Assembly (NCBI GenBank): GCA_963835065.1
Contig: CAWIEK010000049.1
Coordinates: 192,001 to 256,000 of the forward strand
Direction of reading: 5' to 3'
Length of the DNA: 64,000 nt
Source: an uncultured Chthonomonadaceae bacterium
GTDB lineage: Bacteria > Armatimonadota > Chthonomonadetes > Chthonomonadales > Chthonomonadaceae
The translations under genes were made by a program, and so were the position numbers. The notes beneath the pieces are model-generated. The model was not told the DNA's origin and searched no databases. It saw only the letters and a program-made list of their open reading frames with translations. Positions 9,323-18,261 of the stretch are shown here, one piece after another; within the stretch, counting starts at the first letter, position 1, and each line of letters begins with the position of its first letter.

Positions 9323-10297
9323 ATGTTGGCGGAGCAAGTGCAGGTACAATTATCACATCGGGCGATGGGTACGTACTTTGAGGTTGTGCTGATCGGGCAG
9401 AAGGAAGATTATCTGCGCGGCGTGGCCGAAGAAGTAATGCGCGAGATTGACCGATGGGAGCAGAAACTCAGTTATTACCGGGAAGACAGCCTTGTACGGC
9501 AAATCAATGCGGAAGCGGCGTATCATCCGGTGTACCTTGATCCCTCGACTTTTGCGCTGCTCATGCGGGCGCGGCAGTTGCACGAATGGACGGATGGCAC
9601 GTTTGATATTACGGTTGCGCCTTTGATGCGGTGTTGGGGATTTGTCGGAGCAAGCGGGGAAATGCCTTCGGAGGAAGCGATTGCGCAGGCGCGGGCAGTG
9701 GTCGGCATGGAGCATGTCGCGCTGGATGCCGACAATCATACGATAGCGTTTGACCGGGCAGGCGTGGAAATTGATTTAGGGTCTATCGGCAAAGGGTTTG
9801 CTATCGAGCGCGCGGTTCAGATTTTGGAAGAGTACGAGATTGAAAACGCGCTGATACATGGGGGAACGAGCGCAGTTTACGGGTTGGGCACGCCGCCGGA
9901 TGCAGAACATTGGAAAATTGCTTTGCAAAAACCGTTCGGGGAAGAAGGACAGACGCTTGGCGTTGTCGAACTTTCTAACAACAGCTTGAGCGTTTCGGCT
10001 CCGCATGGCAAGTGGTTTGCATCGGGCGGAAAGCGGTACGGGCATGTGCTTGATCCGCGTACCGGGTATCCGATAAGCCGCAATCTGCTGGCGGCGATTG
10101 TATTGCCGTCGCCGACGGATGGCGACGCGCTTTCCACAGGCTTACTCACGCTTGGGCCTGCGTTCCTGACGCGCCTGCAATCTGTCTTCCCGGATGTACG
10201 CGCATTGGTGGCGGTTGAAACGGAAGGGGAAGAAATGGCTATTTATTCCGAAGGAATTTCGCTTTCCGCTTCCACAGCATTGCCCAAAGTGGGGTAA
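9323..10297 (+). CDS. apbE: FAD:protein FMN transferase ApbE
   Basis: AMGTYF, GTFDITV, IDLGSIGKG, GHVLDPRTG, DALSTG motifs. Confidence 0.9.
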   Translation: MLAEQVQVQLSHRAMGTYFEVVLIGQKEDYLRGVAEEVMREIDRWEQKLSYYREDSLVRQINAEAAYHPVYLDPSTFALLMRARQLHEWTDGTFDITVAPLMRCWGFVGASGEMPSEEAIAQARAVVGMEHVALDADNHTIAFDRAGVEIDLGSIGKGFAIERAVQILEEYEIENALIHGGTSAVYGLGTPPDAEHWKIALQKPFGEEGQTLGVVELSNNSLSVSAPHGKWFASGGKRYGHVLDPRTGYPISRNLLAAIVLPSPTDGDALSTGLLTLGPAFLTRLQSVFPDVRALVAVETEGEEMAIYSEGISLSASTALPKVG

Positions 10298-10501
10298 ACT
10301 GTAGAAGAGTAAAAACGTGAAGCGCGAAAGCAATGGAAGCCGGAGCAGAACTTAACTCGTTGCTCAACGTCAAATGAATTGCGTGGCGCAAACGTATGAA
10401 TGAGTAAGGATGCCGTTGCAATTCGCGGCACTTTTCGCCGGTGTGGTCGTCTAATACGTTAGAGAAATTAACTGTTCGCTGTGTTGTCAAGGAGGTCTGC
10501 A

Positions 10502-11182
10502 ATGATGAACGGGGGTTCGCCGATGCCTTCTATGGTCGCCAATGCGTCTCAGGACGTGCGTATGGCGTTCGTGCGCAAGGTATACGGCATGTTTTTCGCT
10601 TCCATTCTGGTGTCGGTGATTACCGGTTTTCTCACCATCCAAAGTGAAGATTCTTTGATAATGGCATGGGATAACCACAACGCGCTGTGGTTCATCGGCC
10701 TGCTTATCGTCCTGAGTTTTCGCTGGACGAAGCGGATTCCGGGTCTGAACCTGTTTATGCTGTATGTGTTCAGCGCAATTTGGGGCGTAATCCTTGGCCC
10801 GCTGTTCTTTATCTACAATCGGATGGCACCGGGACTGCCCTTAGAAGCGGGCGTACTGACGACGGCTGTGTTTGGCGGCCTGACGCTGTACGTGATGTTC
10901 ACGCGACAGGATTTTAACTTCCTGGGTGGGTTCCTGTTTGTCGCTCTGCTCGGCCTGATTGTCGCCGGCCTGTTGATGTTCTTCTTCAACATCGCCGCGA
11001 TGACGACGCTGTACTGCATTGTCGGCGTGTTGATCTTTGCGGGCTTCGTGCTGTACGACACGTCCAACATTCTGACCCGCCTGCGCTACGATGAGGCTCC
11101 GCTCGGCGCGCTGGAACTGTACCTGGACTTCCTGAACCTGCTGCTGTTCATCCTGCGCCTGCTGGGTGGCAACCGCCGGTAG
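10502..11182 (+). CDS. Bax inhibitor-1/YccA family membrane protein
   Basis: FVRKVY, LYDTSNI, ALELYLDFLNL, seven TMs, AAGGAGG RBS. Confidence 0.92.
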   Translation: MMNGGSPMPSMVANASQDVRMAFVRKVYGMFFASILVSVITGFLTIQSEDSLIMAWDNHNALWFIGLLIVLSFRWTKRIPGLNLFMLYVFSAIWGVILGPLFFIYNRMAPGLPLEAGVLTTAVFGGLTLYVMFTRQDFNFLGGFLFVALLGLIVAGLLMFFFNIAAMTTLYCIVGVLIFAGFVLYDTSNILTRLRYDEAPLGALELYLDFLNLLLFILRLLGGNRR

Positions 11183-11227
11183 TCTCAGCCTGTACAAGTT
11201 CATGCAGAAGACACTGTAGAACGTAAG

Positions 11228-11272
11228 AAAACGCGGCAGCAACAAATTACTGTTGCTGCCGCGTTTTGTTTT
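11228..11272. terminator. Bidirectional intrinsic terminator
   Basis: AAAACGCGGCAGCAACA-loop-TGTTGCTGCCGCGTTTT between convergent genes. Confidence 0.8.
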
Positions 11273-11328
11273 GAAATGGAAGTGGTTGGGTTTCCACTGG
11301 TCACAACTGCGTGACGAACGATAGTTGA

Positions 11329-11553
11329 TTATTGAACTTCAAAAAGACTTTTAGGCAGCCCGGATTGCCGAATGATCTTGTTCAATGTTCCTATAGCCAT
11401 TTCCCGATGCAGAGGAACAGGAACCGTAATCGTAGTTCCCGGCAATTTCTTCTGGATAGAAACATGATCGCCTGACTGACGATCTCGTTGAAAACCTTGC
11501 GATTTCAAGATTTCACAGACCTCAGCGCCCGACAACACTCGGAGTTTGCCCAT
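11329..11553 (-). CDS. hicA: Type II toxin HicA
   Basis: 74 aa, MGKLRVLSGAEVCEILKSQGF...RQSGDHV...VPVPLHREMAIGTLNKIIRQSGL. Confidence 0.9.
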   Translation of the reverse strand: MGKLRVLSGAEVCEILKSQGFQRDRQSGDHVSIQKKLPGTTITVPVPLHREMAIGTLNKIIRQSGLPKSLFEVQ

Positions 11554-11815
11554 AGGGAACCTCAATTCGCGTGATGTAAATGTTCGGAAGGTTCCTGCGA
11601 AACTCCGGGATGCTGTTCTCCAATTCGCTTTGAGAGGCTGTTTCAAGCCAGAGAGTGAGAGCCTCCGCCAGATTTGCTTTTGCCTCCTCAACCGTAACAC
11701 CCTGGCTGGCAATATCAACTTGATGGCAGGAAGCAACGTAAATCTTCTCACCATTGCTAAGTTCTTCCTGTTCAACCGTCACGTCAAATACCATTGTGGG
11801 AGAATTTGTGGACAT
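11522..11815 (-). CDS. hicB: Type II antitoxin HicB (short form, no obvious DNA-binding domain)
   Basis: YVASC...IASQGVTVEEAKANLAEALTLWLE; overlaps the hicA start. Confidence 0.88.
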   Translation of the reverse strand: MSTNSPTMVFDVTVEQEELSNGEKIYVASCHQVDIASQGVTVEEAKANLAEALTLWLETASQSELENSIPEFRRNLPNIYITRIEVPYGQTPSVVGR

Positions 11816-12002
11816 AACTTGATACCTCATCACACCATCAGGCACAATCATACTTACAGTGTATCAATAAACTGGCCTCTTGTTAAATTTGCAGGCAGGT
11901 TCTTCGCGTGTAAGCAGAGCAGGACGGTGTAAGTTTGATAAAGCGTGGAAGCAGGGTGAAACATGATGGTAATGGTGAATAGTAGAGATGAAGGAGACGT
12001 AA

Positions 12003-12329
12003 TTGGCTGACGGCGGGGTTGCCATTTGCATATTGATCACACTGGCGTTCGGCGTCTTTATTGCTTGGGGACGAACGGCAGCAGGGCAGAAAGCGCTGCG
12101 CCAAACGTTTGGTGATAGCCAACCTAAACGGGTAGCTGCGCCGCAACGTGGTAAAGCACGGCCTGTGGGAACGAAGGCGGCAGGGCAGTCGCAGCCCAAG
12201 CCGACAACCAAGCCAACAACAAGGGCAAAGCCGCAAATATCCACCAGCAAAGCCAAAACTTCGGTTTCTAAATCTGCAATTGTAACTTCCAGTACCGGCA
12301 ACAAACCCCGTTCCAAACCTCGTTCCTGA
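12003..12329 (+). CDS. Small hypothetical membrane-anchored protein with basic low-complexity tail
   Basis: AAGGAG RBS before TTG, N-terminal TM, K/P/T/S-rich tail; fills the intergenic gap. Confidence 0.5.
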   Translation: MADGGVAICILITLAFGVFIAWGRTAAGQKALRQTFGDSQPKRVAAPQRGKARPVGTKAAGQSQPKPTTKPTTRAKPQISTSKAKTSVSKSAIVTSSTGNKPRSKPRS

Positions 12330-12332
12330 TAC

Positions 12333-12734
12333 TTAAGGCGTGGAAAGCTCGAAGTCATCGGGCTGTTGGGCGCAAAGCAGTTTTGTTATTTCCTTCAGCG
12401 TGTTTTCCTCAAAGAAGTGGGTTTGCAGTAGTTGCATAACCAACAATTCAGGCTGTCCCTCATACAAGCGTTCAATCAATTCGTTGGTAATTCCGGCTTG
12501 TATCTCTTCGCGGGACACGCCGGCGCGATACGCGAACATGCGCTTGCCGGGACGCGCTTCATGCGTCACCATTCCCTGTTTGGTCAGATTGGTCAGGACG
12601 GTCAGGACAGTGGTATAAGCGGGCGTCCGCTCCCCGGTCAGGTCTGCAATCACTTCATGCACCGTTGCTTCCCCGCGCTGCCAGAGGACGTTCATGATCG
12701 CCAGTTGCAGTTCTGCCCAGTTAATCATGCTCAT
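12333..12734 (-). CDS. BlaI/MecI/CopY family transcriptional regulator
   Basis: LQLAIMNVLWQRGEATV...AYTTVLTVLTNLTKQGMV. Confidence 0.9.
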   Translation of the reverse strand: MSMINWAELQLAIMNVLWQRGEATVHEVIADLTGERTPAYTTVLTVLTNLTKQGMVTHEARPGKRMFAYRAGVSREEIQAGITNELIERLYEGQPELLVMQLLQTHFFEENTLKEITKLLCAQQPDDFELSTP

Positions 12735-12755
12735 GTAGGTTTTGTCCTGAAATTT

Positions 12756-15626
12756 CTAATGGTCGGGGAAATCGAGCGACTTGTCCTTGCTGTTTTTCTT
12801 TTCTTTCTTGAACTCGCGGATGGTGGCGGGATCCACGGGAAGCGGGCGGATGGTGGCGTTGGGAACGAAAGGCTTGTCCATAACGGCGATGGCGTCAATG
12901 GCAAAGCTATATTCGTGGGTAGCGGCAGCCGGGTCGGTGGCTTCAATGGACAGCGTGTTTTCACCCTTAGAGAGTTTGGCGCTGCCGAGCAGCACCCACC
13001 CGAAACGCTCGTTGAGATATAAGGGGCCGTGCGGACGGGCATCGGCCACATCTTTGTCTGCCTCGTTGTTGATGCGCCACTTGATGGGTGAAACAGTCGG
13101 TCCCGGCATGGTTCCGGCAAGCCAAATCTGATACGTGCCGTCCCGATTCACCGGGAATTTGTAATAGGCTTTGTAGCCAAGTCCGGGCAGGGGACGGTTG
13201 GGCGTGGACAGGCGGCGGTATGCGCCCTGACTGGCTTCAGGATGGCCGGCTTTTTCATTGAACAGGTTGATTTGATCCTGTTCGCCTTCAATCCAGATAT
13301 AGGGCTGCGCGTCGTTGGTCAGGATTTCCAGTTGATTACGCGCGATGTTGTACGCCGGCCCGTAATTCTTCTTGGCGTAATAGTCTTTGCCCTGATCAAG
13401 CGCAAGGCGAGAATTGTCCGCGCTGAACAGCTTTTGCAGTTTGGAAAGTTCGTACAGCGTGGCAAGCTGGAGCAGGGCGTCCTCGGCGGCTTCCATAGGA
13501 ACGGGCGGCAGGCTTTCTCCCAATTGAAGAATCGTTGGCGTGGTGTCTAAGGTGATTTCAACCGAATTTTTGGTCAGGATTTTTACGGGTACGGGAGAGC
13601 CATCGGGCGTATAAGCGCGTACAAGCGTGGGATTGGAAACCAGAAAATGAGTTTTGCGCTGACCAGTCAGGGAAAGCAGAACAGTGGATATCGGTTCTCC
13701 CGCAGTGCGCTGTATGTTGTAACCGGCGTAGGCAGGCCACAGGTCAATGGCGGACGGCTGTGTTTCCAGACTGTCGCCGGGGAAGATACCGGGAAGCCAG
13801 TACACTCCGGCGGTTCCGGGAATCAGGCCGGCGTGGGCGGGGCCGGAAGCATTATAAGGATAAAACAGGACGCGAGGGCGCATGGTGGCCGCGCTGCTAT
13901 CTTTTTGCAGGCCGCTGGCGTAGCTTTGGAGCGCGTTCAAACCGTCGGGACTGTTAATCCAGTCTGTGCCGTTCGCGCTGTTCTCCTGCGTTGGCGCAGC
14001 GCTTTGCAGTGGCGTCACGAAAAAGCCTTTGACACCGATGCGGCGCATTTCATCCAAATCGCGGGACAGAGTAAACTTGCCGGCATTTGCCTGCAAAGCG
14101 GATGGAGTTTGCACAGGCGTGTTCAGGGAAACGGCACTGACTTTCGGCCCGCCAGAGGCAGGGGAGGGAGTGAGGGAAGCGGGCGTGGCGCTTTCTTCCG
14201 TACACGCAAACCAGAGGGTATGCGTGGTTTGTTCCGCCTGACTGTAGGCGGGACCTAGCAAGCGGGCAATGCGGTGCGCGTCGTCCATCTGCGTGGCGAT
14301 GGCAAGGCCGTCAAAGCCGCCGTAGCGCGTTTCATTGGTGAAAAAGGAGCCGGACGGGTTATAAGTGTACACGATGGGAACGTTGGCGGCCTGCTTTTTC
14401 AGCACGTCGGCCAGCGAGTTCATGTAATAGTTGATGCTGGTGTCCCGGCAGGTTTGAAAATCGTTCCACCACTGCGAATTGGGAGCGGAGCGCGTTCCTT
14501 CCAGCATCCGGTGAAAGCGGCGGGTTTGCGGGTCATAGAAATACGGGCAGCCGGAATACGACCACAGGGGAACCAGACGAGATAAGTCGGCAAAGGATTT
14601 GAAACGATCCATCAGCGCCCATTTGCCCCGCGCTTCTTCCGGGCTGGCATAGCGGCGGCGCAGGTAACTTTCCCATTCTAGCCGGAAGGCAGGCGAATCG
14701 GGAATCAGAAACGGAAGTTCGCCATTCAAGCCTAAGTGACGCGCAAGCGGGTCAAGGAAGAACCGCAATCCCGCGCCCCATTTGATTTGCGATTGAAATG
14801 TAAGCAGGCGATCCCGGTAGCTGTCAAAATTGCTCCATACATCCGGCAATCGTCCGGCTTCCTGACCGGCAATGATCTTGTGCGGCAGGAGCATCACGTA
14901 GGGGCGTACAATGGTCGTGGGCGCTTCGATGGGAATGCTCAAAATGCCGTCATGTACGGGCACTTCCTGCGGTTCGCGGAAAATTTGGCTGTCGTTTGCG
15001 CCGTCGTACATTACAACAACGCCCTTATCCGTGTCCGGCGTGATCCATTCGGTTGTGAGCAGGGCTTCGGCGGTGAGGATGGGGCGAGCATCGGTTCGGT
15101 ACACGGAGGGTCGGACAACATAGCCGGAAAGGGGTTGCGTCATGCCGGGTCCGAACGAAACGCCGTAGCGGAATCCTTTGGCATCCAGATAGTCCAGCAA
15201 GCGCTGTACGGCGCTGACCGGAACATCGGCAAGCGGGCGATCCGGCCAGATGACAATATCGTGGATGTTGGCGGCAGTCAGAGTATTCAGGGCGCGTTGG
15301 TCGGCCTGCCAGTCGCTTTCCGAAGTGGAGGCAAAGGAGCGGGGCGCAAACGTGCCGCCGACGGGCAAATAGGGCGCTTTATCCCAGATAAGGGCATGGG
15401 CGGCATTGATCTGCCAGGGATGCTGCACATTGGCTTTGTCGGTGAACACGCCCTCGCTTGTCACTTTCGCTATCCGGCGCGGCGTAAGCGGGAGAGGAAC
15501 GGCCTGGGCGGACTTTTGCGTTTGCGCATAGCCTACAGTAGCGGAACCAAGCAGCGCGTAAGCAATAACGGACGTAAGCGCAGGAAGGACGCGAAAAACG
15601 CGGAGGCTAAATTGATTTTGGAGCAT
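12756..15626 (-). CDS. Large secreted protein, possibly glycoside hydrolase-like with a C-terminal carbohydrate-binding-like domain
   Basis: Signal peptide, long open frame, aromatic-rich, C-terminal WIEGE...GTYQIWLAG...GENTLSI...IDAIAV beta-sandwich pattern. Function is inferred. Confidence 0.6.
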   Translation of the reverse strand: MLQNQFSLRVFRVLPALTSVIAYALLGSATVGYAQTQKSAQAVPLPLTPRRIAKVTSEGVFTDKANVQHPWQINAAHALIWDKAPYLPVGGTFAPRSFASTSESDWQADQRALNTLTAANIHDIVIWPDRPLADVPVSAVQRLLDYLDAKGFRYGVSFGPGMTQPLSGYVVRPSVYRTDARPILTAEALLTTEWITPDTDKGVVVMYDGANDSQIFREPQEVPVHDGILSIPIEAPTTIVRPYVMLLPHKIIAGQEAGRLPDVWSNFDSYRDRLLTFQSQIKWGAGLRFFLDPLARHLGLNGELPFLIPDSPAFRLEWESYLRRRYASPEEARGKWALMDRFKSFADLSRLVPLWSYSGCPYFYDPQTRRFHRMLEGTRSAPNSQWWNDFQTCRDTSINYYMNSLADVLKKQAANVPIVYTYNPSGSFFTNETRYGGFDGLAIATQMDDAHRIARLLGPAYSQAEQTTHTLWFACTEESATPASLTPSPASGGPKVSAVSLNTPVQTPSALQANAGKFTLSRDLDEMRRIGVKGFFVTPLQSAAPTQENSANGTDWINSPDGLNALQSYASGLQKDSSAATMRPRVLFYPYNASGPAHAGLIPGTAGVYWLPGIFPGDSLETQPSAIDLWPAYAGYNIQRTAGEPISTVLLSLTGQRKTHFLVSNPTLVRAYTPDGSPVPVKILTKNSVEITLDTTPTILQLGESLPPVPMEAAEDALLQLATLYELSKLQKLFSADNSRLALDQGKDYYAKKNYGPAYNIARNQLEILTNDAQPYIWIEGEQDQINLFNEKAGHPEASQGAYRRLSTPNRPLPGLGYKAYYKFPVNRDGTYQIWLAGTMPGPTVSPIKWRINNEADKDVADARPHGPLYLNERFGWVLLGSAKLSKGENTLSIEATDPAAATHEYSFAIDAIAVMDKPFVPNATIRPLPVDPATIREFKKEKKNSKDKSLDFPDH

Positions 15627-15735
15627 AGTGGTGCAGCTTTCAAACGGATGGCAGACGACACAAGCCAACGCGAACAAACAGGCGTGACGTAAGGAACGCC
15701 TGTTGCCGCGTCAGTCGAGCAGGAGGAAGCGTTGA

Positions 15736-16086
15736 TTAATACTCGTCAATGGGCGAAAAGGCGATTACTGTGACGGTATCTTCCACGGAAATATCTTCGG
15801 AGTAGATGCGCCGCATGAGATGGAGCAAATCTTCCGTTGTGCGGAATTCCGGGTTTTCCTTTTGGATTTCACGCGGCGAAAGGGCGTCAATGGTTTTCAC
15901 TTCCACGCGGTCAACAATGGCGGTGAACAGCTTTTGCCGCCGTCCGAAGCGCGGGCCAATCGTAATCCAAACGACCTGCCCGGCGTCGTACTTGGCGGAT
16001 TTGTCACCCAGGCGGATGGTAACGGTTTTACGCCCATTGCGTAAAACGTCTTCATAGAACTCGCTATAGAAATTCAGAGCGTACAT
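15736..16086 (-). CDS. ASCH domain protein
   Basis: LNF...GRKTVTIR motif, AAAGAAAG RBS. Confidence 0.85.
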   Translation of the reverse strand: MYALNFYSEFYEDVLRNGRKTVTIRLGDKSAKYDAGQVVWITIGPRFGRRQKLFTAIVDRVEVKTIDALSPREIQKENPEFRTTEDLLHLMRRIYSEDISVEDTVTVIAFSPIDEY

Positions 16087-16286
16087 AAAGGACTTTCTTT
16101 GGTTTTATGAGATGCGTCCAGAACGGAGCATCGGTACATTGTCAAACTTAGGTTGAAAAAGTTAAACAATGATAGAGCCGCGTATAACAGATTGGTTTGA
16201 AACGCTATCATAACACAAAACCAGTCGAACGTCAACTCTGAATCGAATTGTTAGACGCTTTGAGCAGGCTTTGTAGTTCGGAAGGC

Positions 16287-18167
16287 TTACATTTCCTGTG
16301 GCGAGGACACGCCGAGCAAGGTCAGCAGGTTGCTAAGGACGATACGCGCGCCGTTGACAAGGGCGAGACGGGCAAGGCAAAGGTCGGGTTCAACGGGCTT
16401 GTCGCCGCGCGGAAGCACCTGACAGTTTTCATAAAAGATATTGAGCAGGGAAGCCATGTCTATGCCGTAGTGAGTCAGCCGGTGCGGGGCGTACTTTTCC
16501 GCCGCAACGCGGACTTCTTCGGGATAGTCGGCCAGTTTGCGCAGCAAGTCCAGTTCGGAGGGCTGTACCAGCAGGGAGCGATCTACCGTTTGGGCAGGCG
16601 TCAGCGCAATGCCCTCCGCCTGCGCTTTGCGCAGGATGCTGCACAAACGGGCGTGGGCGTACTGCACGTAATAAACCGGATTTTCCTTGTCCTGCCGCTT
16701 GGCAAGTTCGACGTCAACAGTGGCGGGCGTTTCGTAAGAGTTGAGCAGGAAGTAGAAGCGGGCGGCGTCCCTGCCGATGTCGTCAATCAAATCTTCTTTG
16801 AGTTCGATGACATTGCCCTGCCGCTTGCCGCCGATGACCGCTTCGCCATCCCGAACCAGCGATACCATCTGCGTGAGGACGATTTCGAGGTTTTCAGGCG
16901 CGTAACCGAGCGCGGCGACACCCGCTTTCAAACGCGCCACGTAGCCATGATGGTCAGCCCCCCAGATATTGATGAGTTTGGAAAAACCGCGCGAGAATTT
17001 ATTGTCGTGGTACGCGGCGTCGGCGGCGACATACGTGGCCTTTTCGTTGGAGCGGACCAGAACGCGATCTTTATCATCGCCAAGCGCGGATGAGCGTATC
17101 CACAGCGCGCCGTCCTGCATGTAGGTGTAGCCGCGCTCCGTAAGCGTGGCGATAGCCCGGTCTACGGCCTTGTTTTCGTACAGGCTGCTTTCATAAAACC
17201 AGGTATCGTAATGCAGGCCGAAGGCGTCTAATGCGGCTTCCTGCGCTGCAATCATACCCTGCAGGGTTTGCTGCCGGAAAAATGCGGAGGCTTCTTCCAC
17301 GCTGATAGCGGTATGGTACGTATCGGGCATGGGAACGCCGAGTGCCTGCGCCACTGCGCCCGCATAGCGATTGCCGACTTCATCCACAATGGAACGGGCA
17401 ATATCCTTCACATATTCGCCGCGATAGCCGTTTTGGGGAAAAGGAACGGGCGGCAGGCTGGTGGCTGACGCCGAATTCGCGTCTGCACCGGAACCGGACA
17501 CGGAACCGGCTGTGGAATTCGACTCGGCAGTGGTTTCACCGCTTTCGTTTTGGAACAGCAGGGGATGTCCAAGCTGCTGCAGATACCGTGCCATGACCGT
17601 TTCGCCGAACTTTTCCAGTTGCAGCGAGTTCAGGGCGTCATTAATGTAAAACTCGCGGCTGACTACGCAGCCCTGCGAAGCGAAAAGGTTTCCCAGCACG
17701 TCGCCAAGCACGGCAGCCCGCCCGTTGACAACGCTGATAGGGCCGGTGGGATTGGCGCTGACAAATTCAAGAAGGATGTGTTCGCCCTGCCGCGCATTGG
17801 ACGTGCCGTAGCAGCGGTCTTCAGTTTCAATCTTGACAAGGGTATCCTGAAGCCAAGTGGGTTTGAGGTAGAAATTCAGGAAGCCGGGACCGGCCACTTC
17901 CACGCGATTAATAAGCGTGTTGTCGGGCGGAAGGTGGCGCAGGATGCGTTCGGCAATGTCGCGGCTGTTGTTCAAGCCGGTCGGTTTTTTCAGTGTGAGC
18001 GCGATATTGGAGGAATAATCGCCAAACTGCTTGTTGGCAGGCGTTTCCAGCTTCACGACAACGCTATCGTCGTTGAGAGCGGCCTCGGCAGGAAACTCGC
18101 CCGCGTCCCGCGCGGCAAAAACGGCAGCCGTGACAAGCGCGGCAAGGGCATCAGTAATCACGAACAA
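16287..18167 (-). CDS. argS: Arginine--tRNA ligase
   Basis: FGDYSSN, AGPGFLNF, EFVSANPTGP, WGADHHGY, NPVYYVQYAHAR. Start approximate. Confidence 0.97.
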   Translation of the reverse strand: MFVITDALAALVTAAVFAARDAGEFPAEAALNDDSVVVKLETPANKQFGDYSSNIALTLKKPTGLNNSRDIAERILRHLPPDNTLINRVEVAGPGFLNFYLKPTWLQDTLVKIETEDRCYGTSNARQGEHILLEFVSANPTGPISVVNGRAAVLGDVLGNLFASQGCVVSREFYINDALNSLQLEKFGETVMARYLQQLGHPLLFQNESGETTAESNSTAGSVSGSGADANSASATSLPPVPFPQNGYRGEYVKDIARSIVDEVGNRYAGAVAQALGVPMPDTYHTAISVEEASAFFRQQTLQGMIAAQEAALDAFGLHYDTWFYESSLYENKAVDRAIATLTERGYTYMQDGALWIRSSALGDDKDRVLVRSNEKATYVAADAAYHDNKFSRGFSKLINIWGADHHGYVARLKAGVAALGYAPENLEIVLTQMVSLVRDGEAVIGGKRQGNVIELKEDLIDDIGRDAARFYFLLNSYETPATVDVELAKRQDKENPVYYVQYAHARLCSILRKAQAEGIALTPAQTVDRSLLVQPSELDLLRKLADYPEEVRVAAEKYAPHRLTHYGIDMASLLNIFYENCQVLPRGDKPVEPDLCLARLALVNGARIVLSNLLTLLGVSSPQEM

Positions 18168-18196
18168 AGCTCCTTAAAACGCATATTAAAGTAACA

Positions 18197-18246
18197 GGCC
18201 CTCAACCCCTAACCCCTTCTCCCAAAAAGCCTGGGAGAAGGGGAAC
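18197..18246. repeat. REP-like palindrome, family B, copy 1
   Basis: GGCCCTCAACCCCTAACCCCTTCTCCCA...TGGGAGAAGGGGA. Copy at 58279 and degenerate copy at 21695. Confidence 0.8.
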
Positions 18247-18261
18247 TATTAGAATAGGTTC

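Noticed and set aside
11855..11863. TACAGTGTA as a BlaI/CopY operator
   Set aside because: The spacer is 1 bp rather than the 2 bp of the cop box, and the site is not upstream of the repressor operon.
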